From assembly GCA_022813965.1 (NCBI GenBank), contig JALDZS010000142.1, forward strand, positions 1 through 63,747: a stretch of DNA of 63,747 nt, in the 5' to 3' direction. This DNA comes from Toensbergia leucococca. Taxonomy: Eukaryota. Of the stretch, positions 51,011-63,513 are shown in pieces. A model generated the notes under the pieces. It searched no databases and was not told the origin of the DNA. It worked only from the letters and a program-made list of their open reading frames with translations. The translations under genes and the position numbers were made by a program. Each line of letters opens with the position of its first letter. The stretch's first letter is position 1.

Positions 51011-52404
51011 TGTCGAAAACCCAACACATGAGTCTATCTTACGGCAACGTTCAGTAAAAGCTGCCGTTGAAGAAGATACGGACAGGATTTTCAAAGTACA
51101 CGGAGAATTAGAGAGATGTCAAAGAATCGATCCGACTTCAGATCTAAGACAGAATTGAAGGTGTGGGCCGCACCCGAGAATATTGAATAATGAGTTAAGA
51201 CATGTTTTGAGCATGATGCAGATATTGGATTTGTGACAAGGGCTCTTATCAGTAGGATCTCCCAAGTTTTGAAAGGCGTACGTGGATCAGGGAAAGGTGG
51301 AAGACGTTACGATGACAGGGTACGTTCGGAGTGCGAAGATGAATCAGCCGCCCGACCTTCCTAGAAGATTAGGATCAAGATGACGAACAGGTTGATGGAT
51401 GCACGATGGACCCGACGACGGGCAGATGGCAGATGGCAGGATCAAAGGAGTCGGGATCCCGGCAGTCTGGCTCGGGCGTCTGCGAAGTCCCATGCAGAGG
51501 ACGAAATCTGGACTCCCTTTTTACAAGGCTTCAGGATGGGAATGGTGAATCTCGATACTGGAGAGGCCGTGATTAGTTGCCGAGACTTCCTGTAAGCGTG
51601 CCAGCCTTCTTCGGAGTCGTCGGGATCCTTCTTGTCAGGGGGAAAATAGTCTTTACATCAATATCCAATTGGCCGACGATACAAAAGGCCTTTCAACAGA
51701 TTTATTGAGCAAGACACTGCATGACATACTCACTCTAGTCTACCTAAAAGCTGGCTGATTGCGAATCAGGTCATCGGGCCACTCTCCTCAAGCTGTCTAC
51801 GATAGCATCGAGTAACAAATTCTTTCATTTCCATGGGCGTCGGCAGTACTTTCACCACTCAGCTATCTCAATTTACTCCGTTCTTCTGATTACCCTATCG
51901 ACATGAAACGGCTCTTGCCCTGGTAACTGCATTGGTACCGAACAAAGTCTAGTACGTCCGAGCTACCGGCTTCCTTCGGGACACACATTTTTTTGAGATT
52001 TTACCGGAAGTTTATCATGATACTGAGACAATCTTGTGTTACCACTACTTATTCATAATGTTACTGAATGATGTTCTCAGATGGATCCCTAATGGCTATC
52101 AAGCTTACAGTACTAAATTTGGTGCAAGTAGGGTGTGCCTACCTAGGACTCAAGGTGGAGGTGTTGGGGGATGCGCGGTGCCAAGTACTCGCAGATGTAT
52201 TGAATATCAATACGCAGAATCCATCAAAAAGAAGAAGCTGTCGCTTCTCTCAACATGAATGCTTTGACGAGCCTTCCTGATTTCCCCTGCAAGCGTGAAA
52301 CAGGCACCGCCAATTGTTTCGCATTTCCGCATCACCTACCAGAAAATTACATACCGACCTGGCCCTCTTGGACATAGAATCCAGACTGTATCATATTCGC
52401 AGTG

Positions 52405-53235
52405 ATGCTATCGTTCTTGCCATTCCTCGCTTTCATCCTCCTACTTTCAACGCTACAAGCACTCTCCCTTGCCCCATTTCTACCTTCGCCTCCAAATCGC
52501 ACCAACACAACCTTGTCCCTAAGTATCCACATAATTGATACCACAGGCAAAGACATCTCAGACCACATCAACATCCTGCAGCATCCCTCCCTCTTTTCCG
52601 TTTCCGACGCCAACCAAACTCAGAAACGTCTCGCTCGCTCCCATCCTGTAAGAGTATGCCCGCTAGGTATGATCAGACTCTTCTCTCGATGTCTCCCCTG
52701 GAGAAGCCCTCAAGCATGGGATTTAAATTGCAAAAATGAATCCTCTGGCCGAGACACTCTCTACCATGGCAACTGCGCCCCAGACCAACTGTGCGTCGCG
52801 GGTACCGGTTTTGCGAACTACTTTGGCTACGAAGCCTCTTGCATCTCATATGAAGATTTCGTCATCGTGGCCAAAGCAAACGTGGACTCTTCTGCCAGCG
52901 GCGTCGTCGTCGGTGCTTCGCAAGCCGGCCTTCCCTTGACCGGCGTGGCTTCTTCGCAGTATACCATGGAGGCTATTCTGACAGGCCAGGACATCACCCA
53001 GTCATTGAACGCGTCCAGCCTTGAAATTCAAGCGCAGAAGTCTCTGAACGTACACGGGCATATACTGTGGTCGACCCTTCCAGGTGGATCGAGTCACTGT
53101 ACTGAATGCGGTACGGTGAGCGTGGATCCGGTACCAGAGGGGACGCAAAGGGTCGCGTTAAGCGTGGTGGTCATGGATGTGGGAGTCGTGGCGGGGAATC
53201 TGTTTTTGGGATCTTGGATACCTGGTGCACCGTAG
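52405..53235 (+). CDS. Predicted secreted Cys-containing protein of unknown function
   Basis: Signal peptide MLSFLPFLAFILLLSTLQALSLA, KR dibasic site before a Cys-rich domain, 8 Cys, beta-rich C-terminus. Confidence 0.8.
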   Translation: MLSFLPFLAFILLLSTLQALSLAPFLPSPPNRTNTTLSLSIHIIDTTGKDISDHINILQHPSLFSVSDANQTQKRLARSHPVRVCPLGMIRLFSRCLPWRSPQAWDLNCKNESSGRDTLYHGNCAPDQLCVAGTGFANYFGYEASCISYEDFVIVAKANVDSSASGVVVGASQAGLPLTGVASSQYTMEAILTGQDITQSLNASSLEIQAQKSLNVHGHILWSTLPGGSSHCTECGTVSVDPVPEGTQRVALSVVVMDVGVVAGNLFLGSWIPGAP

Positions 53236-53439
53236 CGTCATTTTGGGTAACCTAAGCGCTGTGTATGTCGGAACACCTTGGTTGTAGACTGAAGAGGTTT
53301 TTTTTTTCACAGCTTCTGAGGTGCTATCATCACGGAATAGACTTTGGATAAATCAGGAGCGCTGACTCTCAATACCTAGCGCGTGCCTGCCCTTGATGTT
53401 CAATCAATTCACCGTCCCTCATGCCTGTTTCCCCTTAAT

Positions 53440-54496
53440 TAAAGACACGGGGGTTCAAAGTGCAAGGGACACACACTCAAAAGCTGACAACCATTAAATA
53501 GATTCATCAGAGCTAAGACCTTCAAATCAAAAAGCAATGAAAGTGTGATCTATCAGTCTTTTTGTCAGTCATCACATTACATTACATGCCTCATCAGATG
53601 AGACTTCATGCAGAGTACAAATCCTTCCCTCTTCTCTAAAGAAAAAATGAAAAGATTGTCATGCTTTGCATAAGCTGTTATGATTTGTTTTTTTTTAATG
53701 TGAGGGGTTTAGAGCTTGTTTGTGATGACGCTTGTTGTGTGAAGGGTCGAGGGCAAATTGTTCTGAGGTCTTGTGTGATGTTTTTTAATGTGAGTTGAAA
53801 GTGTGAATTTCATTTTGTTGAGTTGTCTTGTTTTTTGTGCACTTTGGCAGTGTGAGAAATTAGTTATATCTTGAGTACCTTGTAGATTAAAAAGAAGGGT
53901 GTGATTAATGTGTTGCATGCATTAATGCATTGATATTAGATTTAGAGTATGCAGTTTTTTAAAAGGTTAAGAGGGATGAGATTGTGACTTTTCTTTTTTA
54001 GTGTTGCATAACATTTTGTATAAGAAATAAAGGATGTTTGTGCTGAGAGAATGAAATCATGAAGTCAATTATCTGTGATGAGCAAGACTCAGGGAGGGAG
54101 GGGGGGGTTGCAAGTGTTCTAGAAAGGTCTTCTCTCAGTTTTCTCCCTCCTTCCTGCTGCTGCCTCGGGAAAAAAAAATAAATAAAAAAGTGACGCCCAA
54201 AAAAAAAAAAAAGAAAAAAAAAATCCCTATTTTAAACATATATATCAAAAAATTGTTTGTGTTTCAAACTTCAATCACCCCCCCCCCTCTCATGTGCGGA
54301 CTTATGCAGAGCAGAGAGTGTGAAGAACACAACTTTAGGGGAAAAAAAATAAAAGGGAAAGGCATGAGTGAGGGAGGGGACAGATGTATGAAAGGAAAAG
54401 AAAAGAAAAAAGAGACAAGAGTGCATCTTTTGCTGCAATCTGAGTATCACATTGTTCCTAACTCTGATGCAAGTAGTCATGAACTTCAGCCCCCTG
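53440..54496. mobile_element. CpG-depleted repeat relic with homopolymer tracts
   Basis: TG/CA-rich, CG-poor, long A/G/C runs; weak terminal inverted similarity (CACGGGGGTTCAAAGTGC at 53445 vs reverse complement CAGGGGGCTGAAGTTC ending 54496). Confidence 0.5.
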
Positions 54497-54663
54497 ATCA
54501 ACGCGTGATATCAACACACGGAATACAACCTAGAACGTAAATAACAACGGTAAAGTTTACCCTAAGCCACGGTGTTCAAAAAAATAATTAAAACCGAGAC
54601 CCCGAGTAAACGGGCGGCGGGGGGCGATGAGGATAACAGCTAAAAACCCCGCAAACACATACA

Positions 54664-55400
54664 TCACGGCGAAGCCATCTCGCAAGGCATCCCCTTCAAA
54701 TCCAGCACACAACTCTTATTCTCCCGGACAAAAACCCCCAGCATCCCCACCCCCACCTCATTGAACCCATCATTGATATGCAACTTCGCCGTCTGATACC
54801 CATACGCCGCCATGAAATCCCACAGCGCCGTCAGCGCCGCGCCCGTGACCCCCCACGTCAAGCCGTGCCCGTTGGACGCCTGGACGAAGAAGACGGCGTC
54901 GGCCCTCTGGATGGAAAACCATTGGTTGTTGAGCAGGACGACGCCGTCGCCGTATTGGTGGATGATTTCGCGGATGGTCGTGTATGTTTCGTTGAGGGCG
55001 GTGGCGTATTCGGCTGGTGGGAAGTCCGGGATGGGGTGGATGAAGACGGAGGTGTTGGTGGTGGCGGCGCACCAGAGGTAGGTGGGGTAGTCCGAGGGGG
55101 CGGCGGGGATTAGCTCGGGCTCGAAGGGTTGGGGGAGGATGGCGGAGCGGGGGACGTAGCTGCGATGTGTAAGTAGGGCATGTTGTATGGGTTACTAGCG
55201 GGGTTCTGGTTAAACGGGGAGGGGGGCGGAGAGACGTACTTTCCTGCTGTGATATTGGGCGCATTACCACAGGTTAGGTGGAGGCTGTTTTGTCGGCGGG
55301 AATTCTGCTTTGAATAGAGGGTTGGAGTTCCTTGGCCTTGGATGACAAATGCGGTGAAAAAGAGAAAAAGCGATCTTGTAAAAGTTTCGATTCTTCCCAT
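54664..55400 (-). CDS. Predicted secreted protein (GDG..LTWGVxGAALxALxDFM..INDG..EVGxG family), 2 exons
   Basis: Signal peptide; intron 55160-55239 (GTACGT..CAG) joins into an open frame to TGA at 54664; ~218 aa. Confidence 0.85.
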
Positions 55401-56231
55401 CGTCGGTCCCTGGCGCCGCCTTTACGGACTGGGATAGTGAGAAACCTTGTCCTGAGCCCGGTGTCTGAATGACATTTGAGAGAATAGAATTTGAGGAATG
55501 GGCTGAAAAGATGAATGTTGAGAGGGCTGGGGTGGCGGGGTTTCATCTTGATGCTATTGCCGCTGGATAGATGGCGTGGAAATCAGGCCCGCAGGAAAGC
55601 TTCATGAAACTTCCGGCTATGGAAGGCGATTTGTAAGACAGAATGATAAGGGATTGTTGAAGCGAGAGAAAATGAGGAAGAAGGTGGATGGAATAAAATA
55701 CATGGATGTAATTCTCGAGATGACTCTCATCTGCGCCCGTGAAAGATTGGTGAGATTCAGAAGTGGCGAGTTCAATGAAACGCTTAGACAACGCTATTCA
55801 AACTTGACCGCTGCTACTAGGAGATGTTTCAAATGATTTGAGGGGCTGTTGTCTATTTACTTGATCTTTTGAGCATTTTCATAGCAAAGCGAATTTGAGA
55901 CGATTGAGAATAAGACAAGTAAAGGTTTCGAGAGCCGAAAGCTGTAGAGTCATCATACCTCGCTTTCGTTTTCGCAGGCTTACCTTCCATTATCATACTG
56001 CAGTAAGGGTACGTCTTGTTAACCAGTATTTCCAGCTCAAGGTAGAACGACCGACGGTAGCTAATAAAAGCTCCAGGCCTTTCTACATCAAGTCGTAGAA
56101 TTAGCCAAGATGAAAACGGCATTGAATATCGCTCAATCTGACTTTCCGGTGTTCAAGGATTTATAGCAACCTTGGAGAATCATTTTGAACCTCTCAAAAA
56201 TTGGCGCTCCCAATCGGGGTTGCCTTGGAAG

Positions 56232-57690
56232 TCAAGACGCAGGCTTTGGAGCCCATTGAGTCGACATCTTCGGATCAAGCCATAACACTGCTTCAATGTC
56301 AGTATTAAGATCCAGGAGACTAGGACATAAAAGCTTGGAACTTACACAAGCAGAAGTATAGCAGATTTGGCCGTGACTTGACCGTCCGTTGAGGACCTTG
56401 TTTGTTGCCATCAACCTGACGGACTAGCGCCTTGACTCGAGACCAGTCATCCGCGTTCATAACATACTCACCATGAGTCTTGCCGCCGTTGAAAGCTGTC
56501 GCAGTGATGGACTGAACAGTAGCTGGACCATTTAGCTTGAATTTCGAGGAGGCTCTGGTACGTTGTATTGGTAGGAGTACTTACATTGCCTGATCCAGTA
56601 AGCTGATAGTAACAAGAACAAAGACGAATAAAGTTTTTCAGCATAAGTGTCGATAGCCAACGCGATGTTGCCATCTTCACCCTTACGTTCAAGTATTTTG
56701 CTATACTGCTCAATAGCTCCAGCCTTTCTCTCATCACCAAGCTTTCCTCTCTCCTCTAATATTGGGGAGATTTTCAGATGACCAAATCCTGCGTCTTGCC
56801 CTTGGAAAAACGGAAGCCAAGCAACTGGACAGAGAACTGCTTTAGTTCCAAACAATTCGAAAACATCTTGCTTACTTTTCAACTTGGCATTGTTATCCAC
56901 GGCATCGGCGTTCAGATCCGCGTTCATTCCACAAGGCTCGAATTTGCTAGGTAATCTCTCTTTGGAGACCTTATCTGGAAGAAGACTCGGAATCAGTCTT
57001 GCCGTCATCAAATCATACGAGGTATTGACTTTACCGGCCCAGAATGTCTTGATCTCTCCAGTCTTTTTGTTTTTCAGTGTCTGTCTCTCCAGTACCGCAT
57101 CAGGCCCGCAATATATCACAATATTCTTACTTTCTCCTGATCCCGATTTTACGTTCTCCCCAGGCTCGTAGACAAGTTGGTCCTCGAGTGCCTGCAAAAC
57201 GCCTAGGAATTGCGAGTCAGCTCATGTCAAGGAAAACAATGTCTGATCCACCGAGAAGAGAAGGCCTACAACCTCTGATAGTTTTGACAGCATCTTGCAA
57301 ATTGTATTTGTCTGAATCATCAGAATCCGAATCGTCAGAATCGCCCCACCTTTGGTGACCCATGATGGCCAGGTCTATTGGACCTTGCAAAGCCTGCTTT
57401 AGAGACGTTTGACCATCATCAGTAATACGAGTGCCGTCTTGGACTATTTTTTTGGCGTTCTCCATCATCTGCAAGGCTTGGTCCTTTGCAGCCATCAGCA
57501 CGTTGAAGCCAAGATTCTTTTCATCGCCTTTAATTTCGTTGGGAAAAGTATCGAGCTTCCTCAGATATTTACTCATCTGTGCGTTACACGAAACCGGATC
57601 AACGGTTACCAGTGCTTGTACATGAGATAGTATTGAAGTTGCTGTCCATATGAATAACCAAATACTGAGTGCTGGACAAGAAAGATACAT
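56232..57690 (-). CDS. Predicted secreted protein with zincin/M35-like layout but no HExxH, 4 exons
   Basis: Signal peptide; introns 57203-57272, 56523-56584 and ~56288/56291-56345 join ORF fragments in frame. Confidence 0.75.
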
Positions 57691-58266
57691 GTCTAGTACT
57701 TAGTTCCTCCAAAGTTCAAAGGAAGCCAAAAGTAGGATCTTGGAATACATATAGGAAATGAGAAAGGTAGAGCAGTACTAGTGAACGATGATCAAATAAG
57801 TACATTAGTGAAATGTGAACATCTCTCAGACAACAATATGGTGAATCCTTCTTGATTGGCATAGATCAGTCCGATCTATCAAGTGTTGGTTCGAGGTGAC
57901 CTTCGAGGCGGAATGAAACAATCAATAGAAAAGCCATCCATTCATATAAGATGATGAAAGCTCCACAGATCCTTTCGCTCAAGTCTTGAAGTACGATACG
58001 ACTGTATAGAAAAATCTTGAAGTAGGAGAGAGATACAGATTGAAGGCGGGAACGATAGTCGGTGATGTAATGCATGGGCAGGAATGAGGACGTGTCATCA
58101 TATGTTATTTTGGCGTAGCTCATCACTTAGCTGTAGTTATAGCTATGAGATTAGCACAGAAAGAAAAGTTTGAGTCTTGATCGATTGTGTATTTGCCCGA
58201 GGCCTTTTGCTTACCCAACGAGCCAAGTATGTCGATGGCAACATTCGACCTGTTGTTGATTATCGT

Positions 58267-58553
58267 GCCTCGCCCCGAAAACTTCAAACCGGACACAGCC
58301 GAATTTTAGCCCGTCCATCGAAACCATTAAAACAGCGAAACCATTAAAACAGAACTTTTTATTTTTTATACACAACTACCATCCTATCCTCACTCCTTTG
58401 CCCTTGATGACATCAAATGATCTATCAGGCATTGAGAGCACCTGCTTAATGATATTGAAGGGGTGGGTGGCATAATAAGGAAGATAATTCAAAAGATTGC
58501 TTCGTGTGGGCTGAAATTCAGCTGTGTCCGGTTTAAAGTTGTCAGCGTGAGGC
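58267..58553. mobile_element. MITE with 46-bp terminal inverted repeats
   Basis: 58267-58312 and the reverse complement of 58508-58553 match at 39/46 positions (core AAACCGGACACAGC); internal tandem CGAAACCATTAAAACAG x2; no ORF. Confidence 0.85.
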
Positions 58554-59338
58554 TGATTGACAATAGAATACTCTACGTTGGCTGAATGCTATAGAATAAG
58601 GTATCATATCTGTACGGTAGATTCTAGGCCTCCGTACCACATCTTCTTTTCACCGGCCGCTAGAACTGTTTGTATCATGTCCCCCTATCCCTCACCTCAA
58701 CATTAAGCATGATCTTTACAGAGAAAAAGGATCAGGATGCTTTCTCTGATTATAACTAGAGCCAATTAAGGTTTAATGGTCCTGAATGCTTGAAATCAGC
58801 AATACTACTTCTCATTCAGCAGATTTCTGAGAATGAGGGAAAGTACGCTGGTAACGGATGAATTAGAGTCAGGTTCTGATTCTGAATAGATAGATGGAGT
58901 TGAAAGAGGTAACAAAGGTTGATATGATAATTTGATAAGAGGTGTCTTCAGAGCTCAGATGAGTATGAAGCTTGGCTGGGCCGCAGTTCTCCCTTGAAGA
59001 AATGAGCTGCGTGGCATCTGGTCTGACCGATAATACGATAGGTAGGAGTGACCTGAAGAGGTTTGAATCCTCTGCTTTTAGGCGGCCGTTTAGGGCCAGC
59101 GTACCTCCTCACCTGGCGTGCCTATATGACCTACATGTTAGCTAGGTAGACTGAAAATAAAAACAAACTCACGCCTGAGGGAAAGTACGCTGTTGACTGA
59201 CGCACACACTTTCTTGCGGCTTGGATGAGGCAATGAGGCATTCAGACCTGCCTGACTCACTTTGTGCTGAGATGGTACATTGAGTCAAGCTAGCCAGGGT
59301 TGAATTGATTGAACTGTAGGCTTGGTGAAAGGCGTGAC

Positions 59339-60949
59339 CTACGTATCAAGATAATAAGGCATTGTGTAATCTATCACCAGTAGTTTACTTTGCCGAGTGT
59401 ACTGTTCATTAATCAATAATCCGTATAATACGCCTGTTTGAATCATCCACCAAGTCCTCCCTGTGAGGACAAGATCAATGACTATCTGGAGCTTTTTCAG
59501 GACATCGTGATCATCGCGGTCTCTACTCAGCCACCTTTTGCGCCCTTCCAGGAAAAGTGTCGAAAGCGCCCACGTACCAATCGCAAGACATGTTAGAAGA
59601 ACGGCCGTGACGATGAAGACCCAGATCTCTTTACCGGTATTGTTGATTTGCTGGACGTTCATCCCGAAGATGGAGGTAGCTAAGCTGATTGGCAAGAAGA
59701 CAAACGCTATGATGGTCACTGCAACACAGGATACCACGTTAACGTCTCGTTGAAGAAAAGCGTATCAACATTTGGAAGCCGCGGAGGACTCACGGAGTTT
59801 GACCCGTTTCCCCTCCTCAATGCTCTTTCTAGATTCTTCAAGAGACAGTCTCCCAACCTGGACCTGTAACGTATCGCGCATCTTAGTCTCTAGAGCCTGC
59901 GCTTGGATTAGAATCTCTCTCTGCCAATTCTTGAGCTCTTTCAATTCCTCTATGTTCCCGTCTTGGCCAAATTGCCGGGTCATGTATCGTGATGAGGCTC
60001 GGACAAAAGTATCAAAAGCATCAACGTATTCACGAAGAGATTTCCAATTTTCGTAGAGCTCTTCATCGCCGTTCTTTGCATAATGTAGCTCCCCGCGCTC
60101 TTCAGTATTCCAAAGTCGGAAAAAGACTCGTTTCTGGTCGAAGTCTTGCTCGACCCAATTTGTATATAACGTAAGAATGAGAAGTAAGCCTCGAACTAGG
60201 TCTCCCTCAGATGAAGAGGAACTTTCATTTTGCGCGGCTAACATCATGGCATAGGCTGTAAACATTGACAAGCGTCCATGCTCGTAATCTTCAGGGCTAT
60301 CAAATATAGCTTTGACGCGATGCCTGGACTGGTTACGCAGGCTCGGTAGATTATTGAGCAAGGCATCCCAAGACAAGTTCCAATCTTGTAGAAGACGGTG
60401 ATCACCATAGCGATCGTTAAAAATAACTAAAACTACGTTGACTTTGGCATTAGCCGTCGCCAACAGGAGCAGCAAACTCTACTAACCCACTGACGGCGAC
60501 CCAGGTGCCATAGAGGCATTTCTCGATACTTTCATCCACAGGTCTCCCACATTGAGAAAGTCGGAGTGCCAAGGAGAATGATAGTTTGGCTGTCTCATGG
60601 ACCAGAGGAAGTACGGTTCAATTTCCAAAGCGAGACATATTTCATCAGGTATTGAGAAGGAATATCTTTTGTCAAGTAATACAAAGCGCGTGCGGACATC
60701 AACTGAGCATGTAGACACGGTACTCTTCCAAGTATGTGTGGATGATGGATACGACACCGAGGAGCTGCCATCAACCAAGACATCCCGAATGATAATATCA
60801 GTACTGCCACTGGTAAAGGGGGTATGGAGAGAATCACGCAGATGCTGAAACTCAGGCCACTCATGCGCGATTGACTGTAAATACTGCCTGTACGGTTCAG
60901 ATGGAGGTCTTGCATCCGATGCTAGTGAATCCATGGAGATGCTCGACAT
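59339..60949 (-). CDS. Fungal protein with C-terminal CorA-like transmembrane domain, 3 exons
   Basis: SLEESRKSIEEGKRVKL|LTIIAFVFLPISLATSIFGMNV..IWVFIVTA; introns 60442-60486 and 59719-59793; first ATG 60949. Confidence 0.85.
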
Positions 60950-61426
60950 GCTGTGCTGGTGATTGAGAGCAATGAAAGGCTGGCGTTGATGATTGAAATG
61001 TCGGAGCCAAAAAGCCAAGCCGCCACTCCTACCTTCTCAGCCTCACCATGGTTTGTATGACGTGGCAGTTTGGCTCAATGGCTGAGCAAAAGTGATTGCT
61101 ATTTAGCTCATCGACCCTGCAATTAATCAGAAGCCATTGAAGATGGCCAAGATGCACTCATTGCCATCATCTTCGTGGAACCCAAGATGATACTCTAGTG
61201 GAAATTGACGTCAAAATAAGTTGTGAGAATGTTGACCCTAAGGTAATCATCCATAGGCCAAAAGCTCGGCCACCGTAGAATACGTCTCTAACGCGCTTCC
61301 GCGTTGACAGTCTCAGTCGAAATTGCCTCTTTCCTTTCCCACCATCTGTTGACTTGGAGAATTATGGGATTAAAATCCTACCCGTCAATTTAGTCGAGAT
61401 AACATTAACATATTGGACTCAGCATC

Positions 61427-62204
61427 ATGTCAGAAAATGTCATCGATTTGACTCAAGCGAGTTCTCCGCTCGGGGATATTCCACCTGAGAAAGACTCGAA
61501 TCTAATGCTTCTCAAATCGACAATTCTCGCAACGCCACTTCATCGTCTGCGTGGAGTCTTAGCAGAGGTATGCGAGCGACTACCAGAAGCTGCTGTACTA
61601 GTTAAAAACGCTCTCATTGTACAAAGAGAACCTCCGAAGATAATACGAGAAGAACCAGCCAGGATAAATACCCCTATGACTAGGATCCCTAGAAGCAGTG
61701 AAGATGGCAGCGACGAATCAGATCAGGAGAGTGAGACCGAGGAATTAGAAGAAGAGAGTGAAATCGAAGACACAGAATCAGAGGATTCAAGTTTTGAAGA
61801 TCCTTGGTCTGCTGCTGTTGCTATCAATGGGAAGAAGATGCGGTCGAGATACGCCATTTGTAAGCACTGTAACGAAGAGTTTGATGTTACGCAAAATGAG
61901 AAAGGAGATTGCGAGTGGCACGCGGGCCAGTCAACTCGCATGGTCCCATGACGACCGAAGCCATGAAATCATCTGACAAGATGCAGACATCCTTGAGGTG
62001 GATTGGGACAACGACACGTGGGCCGATCATGACGAGGGCTGCCACGGACCGATTGATACGCCCGAGAACAAAAGGGACTTCCCTCAAGGCTTTCAATGGG
62101 TGTGCTGCGAGGAGCCCGGAACAGCTGAAGGGTGTAAAAAAACGAGGCACTCGGAACGTAGGCCTGTCGAAGCTATGACTTTCAAGCAAGCACGGTACAC
62201 TTGA
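61427..62204 (+). CDS. Hypothetical protein with C-terminal Cys/His metal-binding domain, 2 exons
   Basis: CKHC..FDV..N..CEWH|..WADHDEGCHGPIDTPEN..FPQGFQWVCC..GCK..RH; joined by a probable GC-AG intron at 61926-61986. Confidence 0.8.
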
Positions 62205-63003
62205 TGGGACAAGCACAATTGGCACAACTCTTTGCAATTGTGGCGCCTTGGGCCGAATGAAAATAATGTGTTTTCAGCAGCCAAAGACAATTGATCGAAA
62301 AAGTTGATTTGGATGTGAAGAGTGGAGAATGGAGTAGAAGCTGTGGGGTCTTATATAATGTAATTGACACAGTATACGAGTAGATGATCGAAGTGACGGA
62401 TGAATGATCCAGGCCATCTTTTCTGCAGTAAGGAGTATAGAAGAGGGGAAACTCCAATCGTGGCTGATCAAAAAGTCGGTAATATCATTCGTCAGTTCGA
62501 AGCAACTTCTACAGCACGGGAACCTCAAAAAGCTGGATTGACCTGCTAGCTTCAATGCCAAAAATCCATCAATCAATTTACATGACCTTCCCCATGCTCC
62601 TGTGTCCCTGTGACATCGTTTACAGCGCCAATCATCTCAAACTGTCCCAAATAAACATCTACACCAATACCTCTTGATTAACTTGCATATTCTGCCTTTC
62701 AACAGTATGCTTGCAATTGAGTACATCATTTCTTTGTGATTCATCCATTGCATTAAAAAGGGCGCCACCTGAATCTAGACCAACACATTAAAGTTGTAAT
62801 TTTGACAATTTATCATGCTGAAAACAATTTCTATGCCTTCACTACCTGAAGAGATACGGTCCATAACAGAAGAGATAAATTCAACTCAATAAGCGCCTTC
62901 AAAACCACACATTGATCTACTACTCTCATTACTCCCGACTGACGTGCTGCAGCCATTGTGACTTTCTCATCCACGGGCCACAACGGAGCTATCGCTGACC
63001 CGG

Positions 63004-63513
63004 TCAGCGAAAACAGTTGATGTTGTGTTCACCTTGATTGTTCAGTGCCGTCTGAGCGTCCACAGGTGTCTGCTTCTCCTTCCGTGAGAGAAAATGGAAC
63101 ATGCTTTTCCACAAATCATGATCAGGTACTCCTAGCGCGGAGAGTATTCTCACCACCCTGTTCCTTTTGCCGCCTTCTCGAGTCGACTTTGTGCCCTCTT
63201 GACTGTCATCTTCATCGCTAGTATACTCTTTATTGTTGTTCTCTTCTGAGTTCGTAAGATGATAAAATAGTTCCTGGGGGTTGATCAGCAGGGAGGTCAG
63301 CTTATCGAGTCGTTCTCGCGTCTCTTTCTCTTCTTTAATGCGTTTTGTCAAGAGTTGTTCCTCCGGCGGGGGGCCAGGGTGTATCTCTTTTCTTTTGCCT
63401 CTCTCGTCTTGAAAGGTTAGAGATTCTCCTCGTTGTTCGCCATTTCTCTCTACCTCCTTAGCCTTGTCCGTCTCTTGCTTTTCCTCTTCGGTTATCTTGG
63501 CTTTCTCGGCCAC
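63004..63513 (-). other. Charged low-complexity ORF; gene fragment or TE relic
   Basis: 169 codons starting at GTG, E/K/R-rich, no recognisable motif. Confidence 0.3.

Noticed and set aside
62740..62790. Minus-strand LDSGGALFNAM as a retrotransposon aspartic protease motif
   Set aside because: Isolated weak match; no gag, RT, integrase or LTR nearby.
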